From Raillietiella orientalis (lineage: Eukaryota): a DNA stretch of 64,000 nt. The position numbers and the translations under genes are program-made. Location of the stretch: contig JAYWIR010000018.1 of NCBI GenBank assembly GCA_036172245.1, positions 2,232,001-2,296,000 on the forward strand, in the 5' to 3' direction. Of the stretch, positions 12,680 to 25,560 are shown piece by piece. Within the stretch, counting starts at the first letter, position 1, and the number at the start of each line of letters is the position of its first letter. The notes beneath the pieces were generated by a model, which was not told the origin of the DNA, searched no databases, and saw nothing but the letters and a program-made list of their open reading frames with translations.

Positions 12680-15600
12680 ATTCGATCTGTGGAACAACAA
12701 CGGGCTGTCTGTTCGCAAGTCCTGAGCGGAGCTGGAGAAGATCGGATGCGCGTTCCCGGAACCCACTGCGCTGTCAGGCCCCCGAAGACAGGAAGGGGGG
12801 GGGGGGAGGAGAGAAGTGGTCCAGTCTCTCCTCCTGGAATCAAACTGCTTCCCACAGCGGAACGGAACTTGTCCGTCCAAAAAACGCAGCCAACTCTGGC
12901 CGCAGGCACCGGGGTGGAGCAATAGGAAAAGGTGACACACGGGGAGTTTGAAAGAGACCTGTGGTTCTTTGACTACCGACACACACCAGCGTTGTCGCGG
13001 GAAGCAGTGAGACAGCAGTCGCCATGGGACGAGATGCTGGAGCAAATAAGAAAGTTATGAAGTCTGTTTGTTAATGAGCTTCCATCTGATGTTCCTTTCT
13101 TCCGCGTCTGGAGAAGAGATCTCAGGCAGGCAATGCCCACGCTAGAAAAAAACTGTTAGGTTGTGCCGGGTGAATGAATTTGCAAATCGAAAGTGCTCCC
13201 TGTTCAACAGAAAATGTTCTAATCCCTATGCTTATCCGATTCAGGAAGGCACGGAACATCATACCCCAAGTTGAAGTCCTGGACTCATGACCCGAAAAAT
13301 CTGCGAGACCCACTAAGCGAGGCGGCGGCTCAGAGCCAATGGGGAGCTGGTGGTCGGAAACAAACCAATCAACAAACCAGGAGCCGGTCCCAGAGTTAAA
13401 CCTTGTCTGACACCGTAGGGGGGAGACTAAACGAAATCATCATGGAGTTTCGCTTCCAATTGGAAGAATCGGCCGCAGCGCCTGGGAAGACATCTTAGGG
13501 GAAGAGGAGCACACACGGCGATCCGACTCCCCAGGTCTGTCCCGCTCCAGAGAAGCGCAAGAGTACGCTACAGCATTGGCAGTAGGTGTCATGGGATCAT
13601 GGTGTCTCCAAACGACGAGGAACCCGAGGAATCCCTTGCTGGCAAGAGCAAACCAATCAAGCGCTCCAGCGTACGGCACAGCCAGAACGTACATTGGGCG
13701 CGTTGCTTAGGCTACCAGCCGAACGAAGAAAGCCGGACCAAGTCTGCAGAAACGGCGTGCCCCACAGGAGAGAGTTCGGAGAGAGGGTGCAAGTTGACTG
13801 CCCTGCACAACACTCTTGTCACGCGCGACACACGCAATACTGCGAGTTCAAACCAGTTGCAAGAAACCGAGCTGGATGCACAACGCAGACTCTTCGCAGA
13901 CTATCACAGAGTCAGGGCGTGGTGAGGGCGATTGTTAATGGATGCAAAAGCCGGAAAGAGTCTGAAAGAGCAGCCCGGTAGCATCCACATGATCTGTAAC
14001 CCGAATTTTTAAATGAAACACGGGGTATCGAACAAGAACAGTATCCATCCGGCTGGCAACGCATCTGCTCCAAAGCTTCTGTACTGTACTGAAGGGATGA
14101 AGATTCACGAGATCGATGGCACATTGGAAAGGGATAAAGTGCTCAGGCAGGGAAAATGGGCATCGATCGAGCAAGCAATCGAGATGCTGGATACGATTTT
14201 GTTCTTTGCTGACGATTCCTTATTTTGCAAGCGCGGCATTTTCCCCCACTTTTTGAGACGAACAACAGAATCTTTGCAGGAATTACGTGTGCCGCCTTTC
14301 AAGCTCTATCGATCTTATCACTTTTCTTCTCCGACCTGCGTTTGCTGCCAGACATTCCGGGTACTCAAGACGTCCTCTCCGCTAACCCTTTTGGAAGACC
14401 CAATTTTCTAGAGTGCTGCTTACATACTTCTCGTGCCGTGCGCGCGTTTCCCTTTTGCGGGGTGGAGCGCTATCACCATGATGCCGTGGGGTAAAGTGAC
14501 CTTCTAGAAAAGTGCAGCGACAGACGTGTGTGTTTACTTCTCGAGAAGGTCATCTTCACGCTCGCGTCTTTCGGTTCCGGAATTGATTTCGGCTCTCGGC
14601 ACAAGTGCCCACCACCTGGAGATAAGAAAATGTTGAGGAATTTCGGGAAGTTGGTGAGCGTGAGCGGAGACGGAAAGCTGCGATATCTGTTCTTCCCGTT
14701 TCTGCTTAAGAAAGAACTCCACCTCAATGCAATAGATCCTCAACATACATCACAGTAGGGTCGCAGCCTCCCCAGCGAGGTGCTGCTGATTCTTTGCGCT
14801 TTCGGTTGATGAAGGAAACGAACCCTTTTTTCAGAGTCCTTCGTTGAAGGATGCAGCAAAGTAGTGTTTAGCCACGGCACCGAACGGGAGTGTAGGATGT
14901 CGACGAGCATTCCAGAGGTCACCGCATTCTCTGCTGCAATACCAGAACTCTCTTTGTTTCCAAACTGAACCGCTCAGCATTTCCCCATTCTTTGACAGAA
15001 AGGGGGTCGCGCTCCTAATAGCATCTTAGGGAAAAGACTCACAGTCATATGGGTGAGATTTCCGATGCCTTTCGTAGAATTTTCGTGCAGACCACCCACA
15101 CCGTCTGGGTTATTTTCTTTTGGAAACAACTGCACGTGCTACTATAACTCCACAGCAACTCGAGATGGGTGTTGATTAGGTCGATGAGTGAGCCACTTGA
15201 CGCGATCGTTACCATGGCAAACAGCGTCGTTCCAGTCTTTTCTGTCCAAATATAGTCAGTGCTCTTTAGGAACCGCCTCACAATTAGTGTGTGCGGTCGG
15301 CAGTGTCCCAGCACTTGCTCAGCGGGTAGAAGCTGCTTGCAACAGGACATGTTGAGAAGCAGAAGAATAACACTACAGCGAGGGCGCAATCCCATTTTTT
15401 GTTTGTTCGTCTGTCCTTTTTTTTACAAAACAGGAAGGCCATCGTTTCGTAGACAATCCGATCTACATTAAGCCACGAAGTTTTCTCACGAAAGAGTTCA
15501 ACAGATGCAGACCATAGTGGTCATCGAAGAAGGAAAGGCACGATTTCTCCCTTTCCTTCCTCGGTTTCTGCTGGCACCCTTCAGCAAACCCAAGCTTATA

Positions 15601-15860
15601 GGACGCCAGGTTTCCTGATGGGATGCTGAAATCTTCTTGAAAGGAAGGCAGCGTGCTGCGAATCCTCCTGCGCTTCGAGTAAAAAAGCAATTCAAGGCAT
15701 GGTGAAGGAAAAGCCGAAGAGAACCGACGGACTAGCCGTTGATCCGCACGAAGACCAGTTGGGAGACGCGAGTTTCTCATTCCGTCGACGAATGAATGCT
15801 CTCGAAGCTGGAGATTCTGGCGTTGCCAAGGTGCTAAACGGGAAATTCGGCCGATAAACC
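12680..15860 (+). mobile_element. Degenerate LINE ORF2 (APE + RT) with an apparently inverted central RT segment (~14500-15370)
   Basis: + strand: WNNNGL (12690), GGGGG, DYRHTP, GNAH (13129), linker RLFADYHRVR..LLMDAK, QYPSGWQR (14039). Minus strand: LLP.LSK (15314-15332), VWVVCTKILRKASE, VTSG (~14915). + strand again: LER/QRAA, SFSFRRRMNAL (15771). Many stops and frameshifts. Confidence 0.5.
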
Positions 15861-17495
15861 TCCAATATGACCTCACGCATTACTGCTGACATTATTTTGT
15901 GCATCTTCCGAGAGACGTCGCTCTCAGAAGGAAGAGAGGAACGAAAGGGAACTTTCGGTCTGATTAAGGGAAAAGCAATTTTCTGATAAAATGCCGAGGA
16001 TCCGAGAAAGGAAGTACCCTTTAAAGGGAACGGACATTCCTTCATACTGATTAGGTTTGGAGGGGTCTCAAAATTTTGCGCTACTGAGAAGAAACGGTAA
16101 AAGGGCAATAAATAGATTGTCATCTCAGAGTCGCAAATTTAGTTTCCGTAGTCTTTAGTGGATATGAGAGCCGAATGATGTAATCATTAAATAGAAGGAC
16201 GAAGACTTGCAATTTCGTCGAATTTCATCGACTCGAGGACGATTCGCTTCCAATGAGGTTTGTTTTTTGATGTCTTCGTTTTGTTCGGAATCATCCCCTC
16301 ACATTTCGAATTTATTGGACGCCGTAATGAGTCCGCTTTCCCGAGATCTCCATGCGTTGTTGCGTTCCCTGATCCCGATTGAAAATAAGGGACACCGACC
16401 TCTAGCATGCTTGATGTAGGCATAAAAACCGGAAAGCTTCCATGGGAGTCCCGACGAATTAGGCACAAAGTTTCTAGACCGGGAACTGTTCAGAGAGCCA
16501 AACTAGCAGGCGGCATGCCAGGAAGAGGTTCGGGAACCAACGGCTATTACCAGGAGCTGCAGCGGATATTAGTCAACCATTTTCAGGAAAACAACTTTCG
16601 ATGGAGATGTTTGCACTCCTTGCTTTCTTCATGCCCTCGCATGGCAGGCCAAGCGAAAACGTCGTTTCATGGTCGCGTGGAATGATGGCTTCTTAAACGC
16701 GGCTGTGAAAATCTAGGCTCCCTTCTAAGGACTGCCAGAGGCTCACCTATTCTTTGTGCTCATTGTGAGCAAACGTGCCGAGCATCTGAGCAAACCAGTT
16801 CCTGCTGATCAGTGTTTGGTATCGATTATTTCTTGCGAAATTTTATGAAAAAGCAAAACACACACAATCATTCCGAGCTGAAGAACTGCGGAAGATTGGG
16901 CATTTGAAATTCTAATGAGCCACCAACCCTCTGATCTCTAACTATTTCCGAAAATTTCGAAAATAATTGAATTTAGGGCAAAAAGAATCACATTTTCGAA
17001 AGGCGGCAGTCAAGCTTCGGACTTGACGAACGTTCCAACCTCGGAAAAAATTCGCTCCGGACGCTGACGCAAGATCTCTCTAAGAAAGATCTCTTCCGAC
17101 ACCAGCGGACTGGTAGAAACCAACCAGATGACACACCTTTTGTGGTAGCGGCTATTTTTCATCAGCTCGCTTATTAGGCGGTTGCGTAAGATGTGCTGAA
17201 GACACCGCCGAGGACCGCTTGATGTGCTTGCACATTCGTGACGCGTGTTGCGCACACTTTGAACACGTTTACGAAGTATCTGGAGAACCCCAAAACAGAA
17301 ATGGAATGGTCACCCTTCCATTTCAAACAACATGAATGAATATTCTTCCTGCGAGCTCATGATGGTAAACATTTTGCGAGTCTAGGTTGATCTCTAGGCG
17401 GTGTTTGCTGTATGAGAAGAATTCCGAGAGCAAATGATGTAAATACAATTTTCCGACTACTCCATTATATCTTGGAAATAAGACTTGATTTTCAG

Positions 17496-17663
17496 CTCTC
17501 GTACGCAGATACGCATCCAATGTTCACCAGTAGAAATTATCCTAATCTTTTCCGAATAGCTCCGAGTGAAACAGATTTGAATCCAGCGAGGATCAGTCTT
17601 CTGCGTCACTTCAACTGGACAAGAGTTGGAACTTTGTATCAGAATGACGCACGTTACGCTCTG
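17496..17663 (+). CDS. GABA-B-R2: GABA-B R2 exon (VFT): LSYADTHPMF...FNWTRVGTLYQNDARYAL
   Basis: ttttcag|CTC ... CTG|gtaaat, 168 nt; class C GPCR motifs LSYA, PNLFRIAPSE, FNWTRVGT. Confidence 0.95.
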
Positions 17664-17756
17664 GTAAATATCCCTTTTGATACACATCGCCGCGTTTCCA
17701 GCAAGCGCGCGCAACCAGGGATGAAGGAGCGCAAAAATCTGTGCCTGTGCTTGCAG

Positions 17757-18128
17757 GTTCACAATCGGCTGATGTCGGACCTGGACCGACTTGGGTTCGA
17801 GGTCGTCGAAACTCAAGGCGTGGGAGATGAAATATCGCTAGGCGATCACTTGAACAGACTGATGGAGAAAGACGTTCGCATCATACTGGGAGCTTTCAAC
17901 GAAACCTGGGCCTACAGAATATTCTGTCAGGCCTACAGGAAAAAGATGTTCGGAAAAAAGTACCAATGGATCATAAGCGGGATGTACGTCGTCAACTGGT
18001 TGATGGAGTCCTCAAAGTCTCAAAACATCGAATGTTCCTTGAAAGAAGTGCAGCACGCTCTTGAAAGCAGCTTCCTGGCCGACATACAACCTCTGCAGAT
18101 CAGCAACAAGCCCACGATATCGAAAAAG
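17757..18128 (+). CDS. GABA-B-R2: GABA-B R2 exon (VFT lobe 2): VHNRLMSDLD...EKDVRIILGAFNE...YQWII...PTISKK
   Basis: ttgcag|GTT ... AAG|gtactc, 372 nt; KDVRIILG, FCQAY and YQWI motifs. Confidence 0.93.
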
Positions 18129-18300
18129 GTACTCGTTTTTTCTTGTGCCCTCAAAGAAGTAGAACGCGGTGCGACGAGGTCATCCAGGAGGAAAGATATA
18201 AAAGCTAAGATAGTTAGTAATGGCATTCCGCTCGTGGTAAGCCCGCGCAACCATCGTCCTCCTCCGATGGCGGTCCTCATTGAGTGCGCGGGTCATGAGA

Positions 18301-18328
18301 ACCCATGTAGGTGTTGACCTACATGGGT
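18301..18328. repeat. Perfect hairpin (12-bp stem, 4-nt loop)
   Basis: ACCCATGTAGGT-gttg-ACCTACATGGGT. Confidence 0.9.
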
Positions 18329-20399
18329 CGATGGAATGCCGGGAGCGAGGTAGTCCATCCGGATGGTTCTTTGGGCGTTCCCTGGGCAAGCCATTCGTGA
18401 AGTTCGCCTTCTTCCAGAGCTTTTCGCCTCTCATTCGAAAGAAGACCTCTGGCGGGATGGAAAGAAACCACTTTCTGGAATTCTTCCCACCTCTGCGAGA
18501 GAGAAAGAGAATCAGATGAATCAGATTTCTGAATCAGATGGCCAGCTTTGCTCCGTCAGGTTGCTGAAGGTGATAGTGAAACCTCCAGTCCTTCAGAAGA
18601 CTTTCTTCCCGTGTTTTTTTTTTTTTTTTCTCTTTCTGTGTGTGTGTGTGCTTTCCCCTCCCCTCTGTATCCCCGTATCATTGCCCTTCCTCACACTTGG
18701 AGCTTCACCCTCCTACTCCCAAACAAAAACACCATTCGTGGAAACGCTCGACGAATTATAGCAGCAAAGGTACGATCCAAACGTTGGCAAGAGTTATGAT
18801 CCGTAGAAGGAAGGGAAAGGAAAATGGCTGCGAAGAACGAACCGCTTGCGACCTGGGAGTTGACTGGGAAATAATCAATTATTCGAGTAATGAATTACAC
18901 GTCTGACACGGAAAGGAAGTGCACACACGCCATACGTGCGATCGAAGCTGCGGATATGACGTTGTTTGATTAAAGTGGCATGCCTTAATACTCTTTGGCA
19001 ACGGCTCCAAGCTGGGAAAAGAAGTGCGCGTAGTCAGAAACGAAACGCAATAACGTCGACGGAGAGCACGCATTAAAATTCCAAGAGCAAAACATCCATT
19101 CAAATATCAGTTTCTCATCCGAACTTTGAGATCACGTAATGAAATTTCGACGTAGCAATACACGACCGTCTCCGTATGAGGACGGCCGACCCATTTTTCC
19201 ATGAAGATGAACAAGGATTCGCATTTCTGCCAGCGAGCATCGTGGAATACCCAGCAGGTCATCTGCAGGAACGAATCTTTGGAAATCTACACGAGCTGGA
19301 GAGAGGAGCAAAAAACAAAAGATTCTTTCGGGAAACCGTGGAACTAAGCAGCTTCATTGCGACGGGGAAATGGGATCTGTGTACGCAAACCGGGAGGAAG
19401 ATGCAGTACGAACATACAGCACATGCAGCTTCCCAGCTTGCAAAAGACAGCAAGACCGTCCAGCAATCATTTCTTCCGGGGTGCTTGAGATTTGCGCAAA
19501 AACTTGCTTCTGTGTACATACGACGACTGTGTGCACGCAAGTTTTGCCCGTGTGATCGTACGCGTGTACCAACCTCCATACTCGTATGAATGCATTTCGC
19601 ATATACGTGTGCAAACCTATTTTCGAGATACTATTTTTAGAGGGAACGGTCGTAATTCTGAGTGGAAGGAAATTTCGAGAAAGAAAGAGTCCTCGTGCAT
19701 GCTGTTGTTGAAAGGAATGTGGAAGGAATGTGTTTAGGTTCTCTCCCTCCCTCTTCCTGACTGTACCTGGTTCCGTGGGGCGAGCTAAATCACCATTTGT
19801 ACGAACAGTGCCATCATGACATGCAGTACCGTACCAGACTGGGCACATAACACCACGCGAGCCAACTGCGAATTTCGAATTCAAGTCGCAAAGGCAAGGT
19901 CGAACGAGGGAGTCAACCTGCGTCCAGGAAACAAAGAAGGAAAGGTCACGAGAAACTTAGCTCGCGAACTGATGCAGAAAAGTGCTCTACCGGTCCGACA
20001 ACATTCCTGTTTGGACCTGCAGCTTCCTAATCTTTGCGGTGCTTTTTTCATAATTATGATTAGTCAAGTAGGAATTCAGTGGAATACTTCCCCCCCCCCA
20101 AAAAAAAAAAAAAAAAAAAATCAATAAATAAACAAACAAAGGCAACGCAGCACATTTTTATGCAATCATGCGCGTTACATTGCATTAGATTTCATACGTC
20201 AGGTGATCCATCTTGAGGAAGGAAAACGAACATTTTCCTGCTTTCGAGCCCCACGCACGCACGCAGGTCAGCGATTCACACACATTGGCGATTCGTTGTT
20301 TCCGGGAGGCAAATTAGCAAGAAATCCAGGGTCACGAGTCGCTACAGGCCCAACTTTTCAACACCAGCATCCGAGTGGGAACTTTCCGGAAAGCTCTTC

Positions 20400-20900
20400 C
20401 CAGTTTCGTTGAAAGAGCACGCTTTGATTTTCTGGATGCCAGCGGAGCTGCTGAAGAATGTCCGCTCGGCGCGTACCGGAAACTCAGAGGTTGAAGTCTC
20501 ATCCGTGACACTCAAACGCCTTTGGCATGAACATAGGCTCCCTGCTTTTGGACCAAGGATGGAATCCGAACTCTCGAGAAAGGCAGAAAGAGCACATTTG
20601 TACAGAGCTCGAGCAGTGTGCAAGTGGCTGACAGAAAGCGCGGTGCTCATTAGTCAGCAAAAGACATGGCGGATTTTAGAAGAGCAACACATGACGCTAC
20701 GCGTGTCACAGAGAGGCAAAGTACTGATGGAGGGAGGAGGGACATGCTGTCACCCGGCTAAAGTGAATAAACGAAGAGTGGCAGGAAACACACACGGAGC
20801 ACGCTGCTCCAATGGTTTCCAAGAATCACTTCGCAGCTTCTTTTCGCAGAAATCTGCGGTTTGTGTTTCTCCACAACTGTTGTGCTCTTCTCCTTGTACT
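20400..20900 (-). mobile_element. Degenerate LINE RT C-terminal relic
   Basis: Minus ORF TARALYKCALSAFLESSDSILGP...LCSCQRR resembles LYK.LIRP.LEY...W.P...LE.VQRR. Confidence 0.4.
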
Positions 20901-21849
20901 GCCACTGAGAAATGGGTCACACTTCTCATCTTAGCTGATCCTTTGGTTCTCCCGACCTCTCTAACAAAGGACGGCGCGGGGAAAGTTTACTATGAGAAAT
21001 TTTCTTTGTCCGGGAGTCTTCACTCTTCTCTTCTGTGCAGAGAGAGCCTCTTTGCTTCAGGGTAAAGGTGTGATTCGCGTAGGGCCCTCGCTCACTCGAC
21101 TGATGAGCGTCTCGGTGGTGGACTCTGCAGCCGGATGCTGAACCAAGACTACCTTAATCCACATAGAAATCCCATTCGAAACTCGCGGACGAACTGCTTT
21201 CGGACGCGTTCTCATCGCAGACTGGGCGAGTTCTTTCGCTGCGAGGATGAGACGATGTGAGGTTTCTTCCATGTGGATCGGCAAACGGTGAACAACTGAC
21301 CCACAGTACCATCTCGAAGATTCGGCCTGCACGTGGACTGGGGGGGGGGCGGATGACAAGTAACGCTCCAAGCTAGGGAGATTGCAGAGGTGAAAGTTCG
21401 CTACTCTGGATTTCTGCTATGCCCTTACCAGTTTGACGGCTCCTAGGAAGAGAAGGGACACACAGCTATACCAATGGCGATGCGCATAGCAAGCAGAATA
21501 CCGAAAGAAGCCTTAAGCAGTACGAAAGCCGGGCAACGTGGCATTGCAAACCCTCAACAGAGAGGGAGATTTGCTGCAGGACGAACAATGAGCAGTTTTT
21601 AACATGCGATGGTAGTATCCCGTACCCATGTGAAACTCAGTATTTCAAGGAGATCAGGAAAAGTCGAAATTTTGTTAATAAGACTGGAGAGCGTCACAGC
21701 ATTGCAACGATGGTTTCATCTGGAAGAGAAGTCACTGTGGAGCTCATAAGGCTTCCTTGCCCAGCGTGGCGCTTCCCAAAGGAGGAAGAGTGCCGTGCAT
21801 TGTGCTAGCCAGTGAAGCGCACACGTGATGATGTTCTTCCAGAACTATC

Positions 21850-22330
21850 CCGAAAAAAGTTGCTCTGTCGAAAAGACACCGAAATAGGACGGCAATTCTG
21901 TGATCTCTGCAGTTTTTCTGGAAGAGAGGAACAGCTCTCTTGAACCGGTGTTACTTTCTGCTCATCTCGTGGAATTCACTGAAGACCCACTCTCCCATGA
22001 AGGTTTCATCCAAAGAAGCATTCCTGATCTTACAGAGGACTCGATTATCGTAATGAGAGATGAGCTGCCCCTTACGGGATCCAAGGAACGACTTTCTGTG
22101 TTCTGAATGCCATGAGATCTTAGAGTCCTGTCTTCCAAATTAAAGTCATCAATCAGAATCCAGAATGCATGTTCAAGGAATAGAATAATGAAATTTCCAG
22201 ACTTGATTCTCGAAGCAACTGGATTTTGTCCTAGGGACCAGTGTCCAGTTGTACATGATGCATGCACATGATGATGCACAGCTGAGGGAATGATGGACAC
22301 TTGAGGTCCTTGATTTTCGAGAGCGGAGGA
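21850..22330 (-). mobile_element. Degenerate LINE APE endonuclease relic
   Basis: Minus strand WILIDDFN (GDFN-like), PVRGSSSLITII, then RDHRIAVL (SDH-like) in the expected order. Confidence 0.45.
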
Positions 22331-24299
22331 ATGTCTTGGTTTGTGATCTTCGAAAAGTGACATTTGGCCCGTTGGCTGAGTCTTCGGGTCGTTTCGCCAC
22401 ATCCGGTGTTCCCGGATCTCCTCATGACGGATTTCCTTTCTCTTAACGACTCGAATGCGTCCATTCTCTTCTCGTGGTTTCCTCCGGACGTCCCTCTCGA
22501 AATCTCTTCGGCACAGGATGATCGCTCGCCGCTGATGCAGGCTTGGTACCGCCGCGAAATCGCTCCGTATCGCCAGGGAGTGTCTTTGCCTTTAAAATTC
22601 TGGGAGTGCTGAAGTCTCGACAGAAGACACGGATCGATATTTTTATATTTCTCCTCCTGACACCATACTCTCGGGTGTTAAAGTTTTGAGACTCTGGTGG
22701 AGGTGACTCCGTCTTCCTTCTTTTCTCTTCCTCCTCCCCCCATGGGACACGGGTCCAGTTGTCGAACCGCAGGATCACGCGGGGTCACTGAGGGTTTGCT
22801 CATATTCTTCAGCTAAGGTCGGATGGTTTGAGGTGGTTTCCAGCCGGCGCTTCTGGCACATCAAATGACTCGTGCTGCAGCAGCCCTTCTCCTTATCTTC
22901 AGAAATGCGGGTTTCTAATTGGAAATCGGAATTTGTATGGAGCTGTAAATCTTGTTGGCTACCCATCCGTATTCGTCAAAGCGTCTGCTCGGATGCAGAA
23001 GCGGTTTGCCTATAATGGGCTACAAACAGCAATGCGATGCAAGAAGTCATGGGCTTCATAACGCCTTCTTTTTGCCTGTGCGGTGTCTTCAAGAAGCAAA
23101 AAGAAGATGGGAGGGATCGGATTCAGACCGAGGAGAAGGGGTGAATAAAAAAATCGAAAGGAAGCAATGAACCAGTACCACGGATCTGCGTCGAGAAGGG
23201 AGTGTGGGGAGTTCGAAAACCGAGTCAGTGGGTTTGATCTCTCTCACGTGAAACCATTCTGGCGGGGTGGGTGACTGGGGGTATTTGATTCCGCGTCGCA
23301 ATATGGCAGGAGGAGTTTTACGATGGCTTTCGCATTTTCCTGGCAAGACTCACCTTCCATGTGAGTCACCATTATGCCCCGCGCATGCGCAACATTTGCT
23401 ACCAGTAACGCACTACGACATGGCTGAGGCTAAGGGGACCTCGAATCGGAGTCCAGCACCTGTTTTCTAGAAAATACACGGTTCCCGCGAGTTGCGCCGT
23501 CGTCTCAAATCTGCTTCCTCCTTCCGGAAGTTTGCAAGGAATTGATTCGGGGAGTCTGCTCCGTGACCGGTCTTACAGTGTCTCGTGCCTCTGGATGCCG
23601 TCTTGGTAGCTGCGATTTCATTGGGACACATTGCAGCAGATCCCCTGCTTCCTTCCTAGCTGCTGGCTAGACGTATTGGCTGCTCTTTCGTGCTTCTCTG
23701 GAAATCAGCTTGCCTCAGCCGTCCCGGGGCGTTTCGGCGGATTGGATTGTTCTCCCTGTCGTCTTCTCTCATCCTGAGGGAGTACTTAGCTTACACACTT
23801 GCCTAAAACTCCTCATCTCTTTTCTTACAATCATCCAATCTGATAATGGACCGTTCTTCGTGGATCCTCCCTTCCCGTTTCCTCTCGCGTTAGACAATCA
23901 GGGTATGAGGCATGCCACGTACACATGTCTTTGGTATCGGAGTGCGATAAGCAACTTTGAGGAAAGCATGCATGAAGCAGGCATGGAGCTTTTAATGCTG
24001 TGGAATCCATTTCTGCCATCAGGATGCCAAAAAGTTTCCTTTTCTTCAGTACCTGGAAGTTTTTTTTTTCTGATCCAGGAAACTAAGTCCAGGAATAGAC
24101 CATCACTTTGTTGCAGTGTGATCTTTCCTCTTGGAGGACTTCTGCATCCTCAGTACGCACATCTCGAAACACATTTCTTCCTTTTACTGGAGGCAGGGAT
24201 CCTGCCTGATCGTTCCGAGATCCCAGCTCGCCGGCTGCAGTTCGTTATGAACCTCTATTTCCGCATTCCTGATTGAACTCAGTGGTCAAGTGTGATGGG

Positions 24300-25560
24300 A
24301 CTCTTCCGTTGCGTTGCCATGATGCGAGTTCGTGGCCTCACCCAACCCCCCTCGCCCACTCGCTGGAACCGGCGTCCCGCAGAGAAAATCACCCCTCACG
24401 ACCGTCCCACTTGCCTTCGCGACCGGTTCCCGTAGAGGCAGGCGAGGGAAACGAGCACTCCCTGGAAGAGCGCATCGCCGCGAAGCGGAGTGCACCGCGC
24501 GCTGTGCCGTTGCGCAGCTTCCGGCGGGTCTTCGCGGGTGGAGGACGCAGGCGAAAACTCGAGGCGGCGCTCGTACCCACGGGGTTGTCTCTGCCGTGGC
24601 TCCGGGGGCCCGAGGCGGCCCGCAACTTCGGACGCGCGCTCCTCCCGCGAAGGTCCAGGCCACCCTCGCTGCTGCTCGCATCGCAGCAGCCTCGGCGTCC
24701 CGCGGCGACGGCTCGTGCCGTGGACCACGGAAGGGAGGTGCTGGCAGAAGGATGGCGGGGCAGCAAAAGTGCAGCCTCTTTTCCCTGCCGGACTCCACGC
24801 GGCGTCGGGAAGGGAGGGGGGGGGACGCGGACCCATTCCGCGGCCTGGCCAGCTGACCCCGAACCTCCGTCGAGCTTGCACGCCAGCCCGTGGAGTGCCT
24901 CGGTTCCTGCGAGGGACCGAAGGCGGGGGGCGGCCCGCTCGAGATCCCGGCCGAATTCGGACGGGAGTTCAGGGCGCACCGCTCGCAGGCGCAGGTGCCA
25001 CCCGTGGCGGCACGCCTCCGGTTCCTGCGAGCGCCGCGGAAGGATGCCCGACCTCCTCTCCGGGGATTCCCCATCAGCGACCCGGTTCCGTGGAGGACAG
25101 CCCTACGCTGCAAGATGGGCGCCGAGGAGCGGCAGCACTGAGATACACCTCCATCCTCGTAGGGTGACCTTCTGCCTGTCCGCTCGACCGCTCGAGGCGG
25201 AATGGGGGCGCAACGCCACACCGTCTCAGCGATTGTGAGAGTATTCTGCTTGGGAATCGGCGGACCAGGGTTTCAGGGCAGCGTGTCGTCTCTCGGCCAG
25301 CTACCCTGGTCCGCCGAATCCAAGCGTCCTTCCACGGGGTGGTTGCATCCTCCCACGCGTTGTGGGAGACCCATCTGCCGCCCATCTGTTCCCTCGGTAT
25401 GCAAAGCGAGCTGCGCTTCTCCCCCGACCTCTTGCATCTTCATGGCCGGCAGCGGTATAGCGCGGACGGATGGCACCGCATGCATCCTCGCCGAGTCCTT
25501 AGCCACCCCTCTCTCATCTCCCCGACCGGGAGGTCCTCCAGCTGGGAATCTTCTTCGTTG
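24300..25560 (-). mobile_element. GC-rich block, possible L1/Tx1-like ORF2 3' relic
   Basis: Minus strand PWKDAWIR...VRRFPSRIL(HNR)...QCCRSSAPILQR loosely resembles the zf-RVT region; weak evidence. Confidence 0.25.

Noticed and set aside
17412..18317. 301-aa single-exon ORF
   Set aside because: It is two real exons plus a stop-free intron and intronic flanks, not a standalone gene.
18350..18500. Sense-oriented family A copy (also ~2930-2990)
   Set aside because: Only one short partial match in each case; similarity too weak to call.
24273..25238. Antiparallel 321-aa and 311-aa ORFs as a nested gene pair
   Set aside because: Very GC-rich low-complexity translations with no domain; better explained by base composition or a TE relic.
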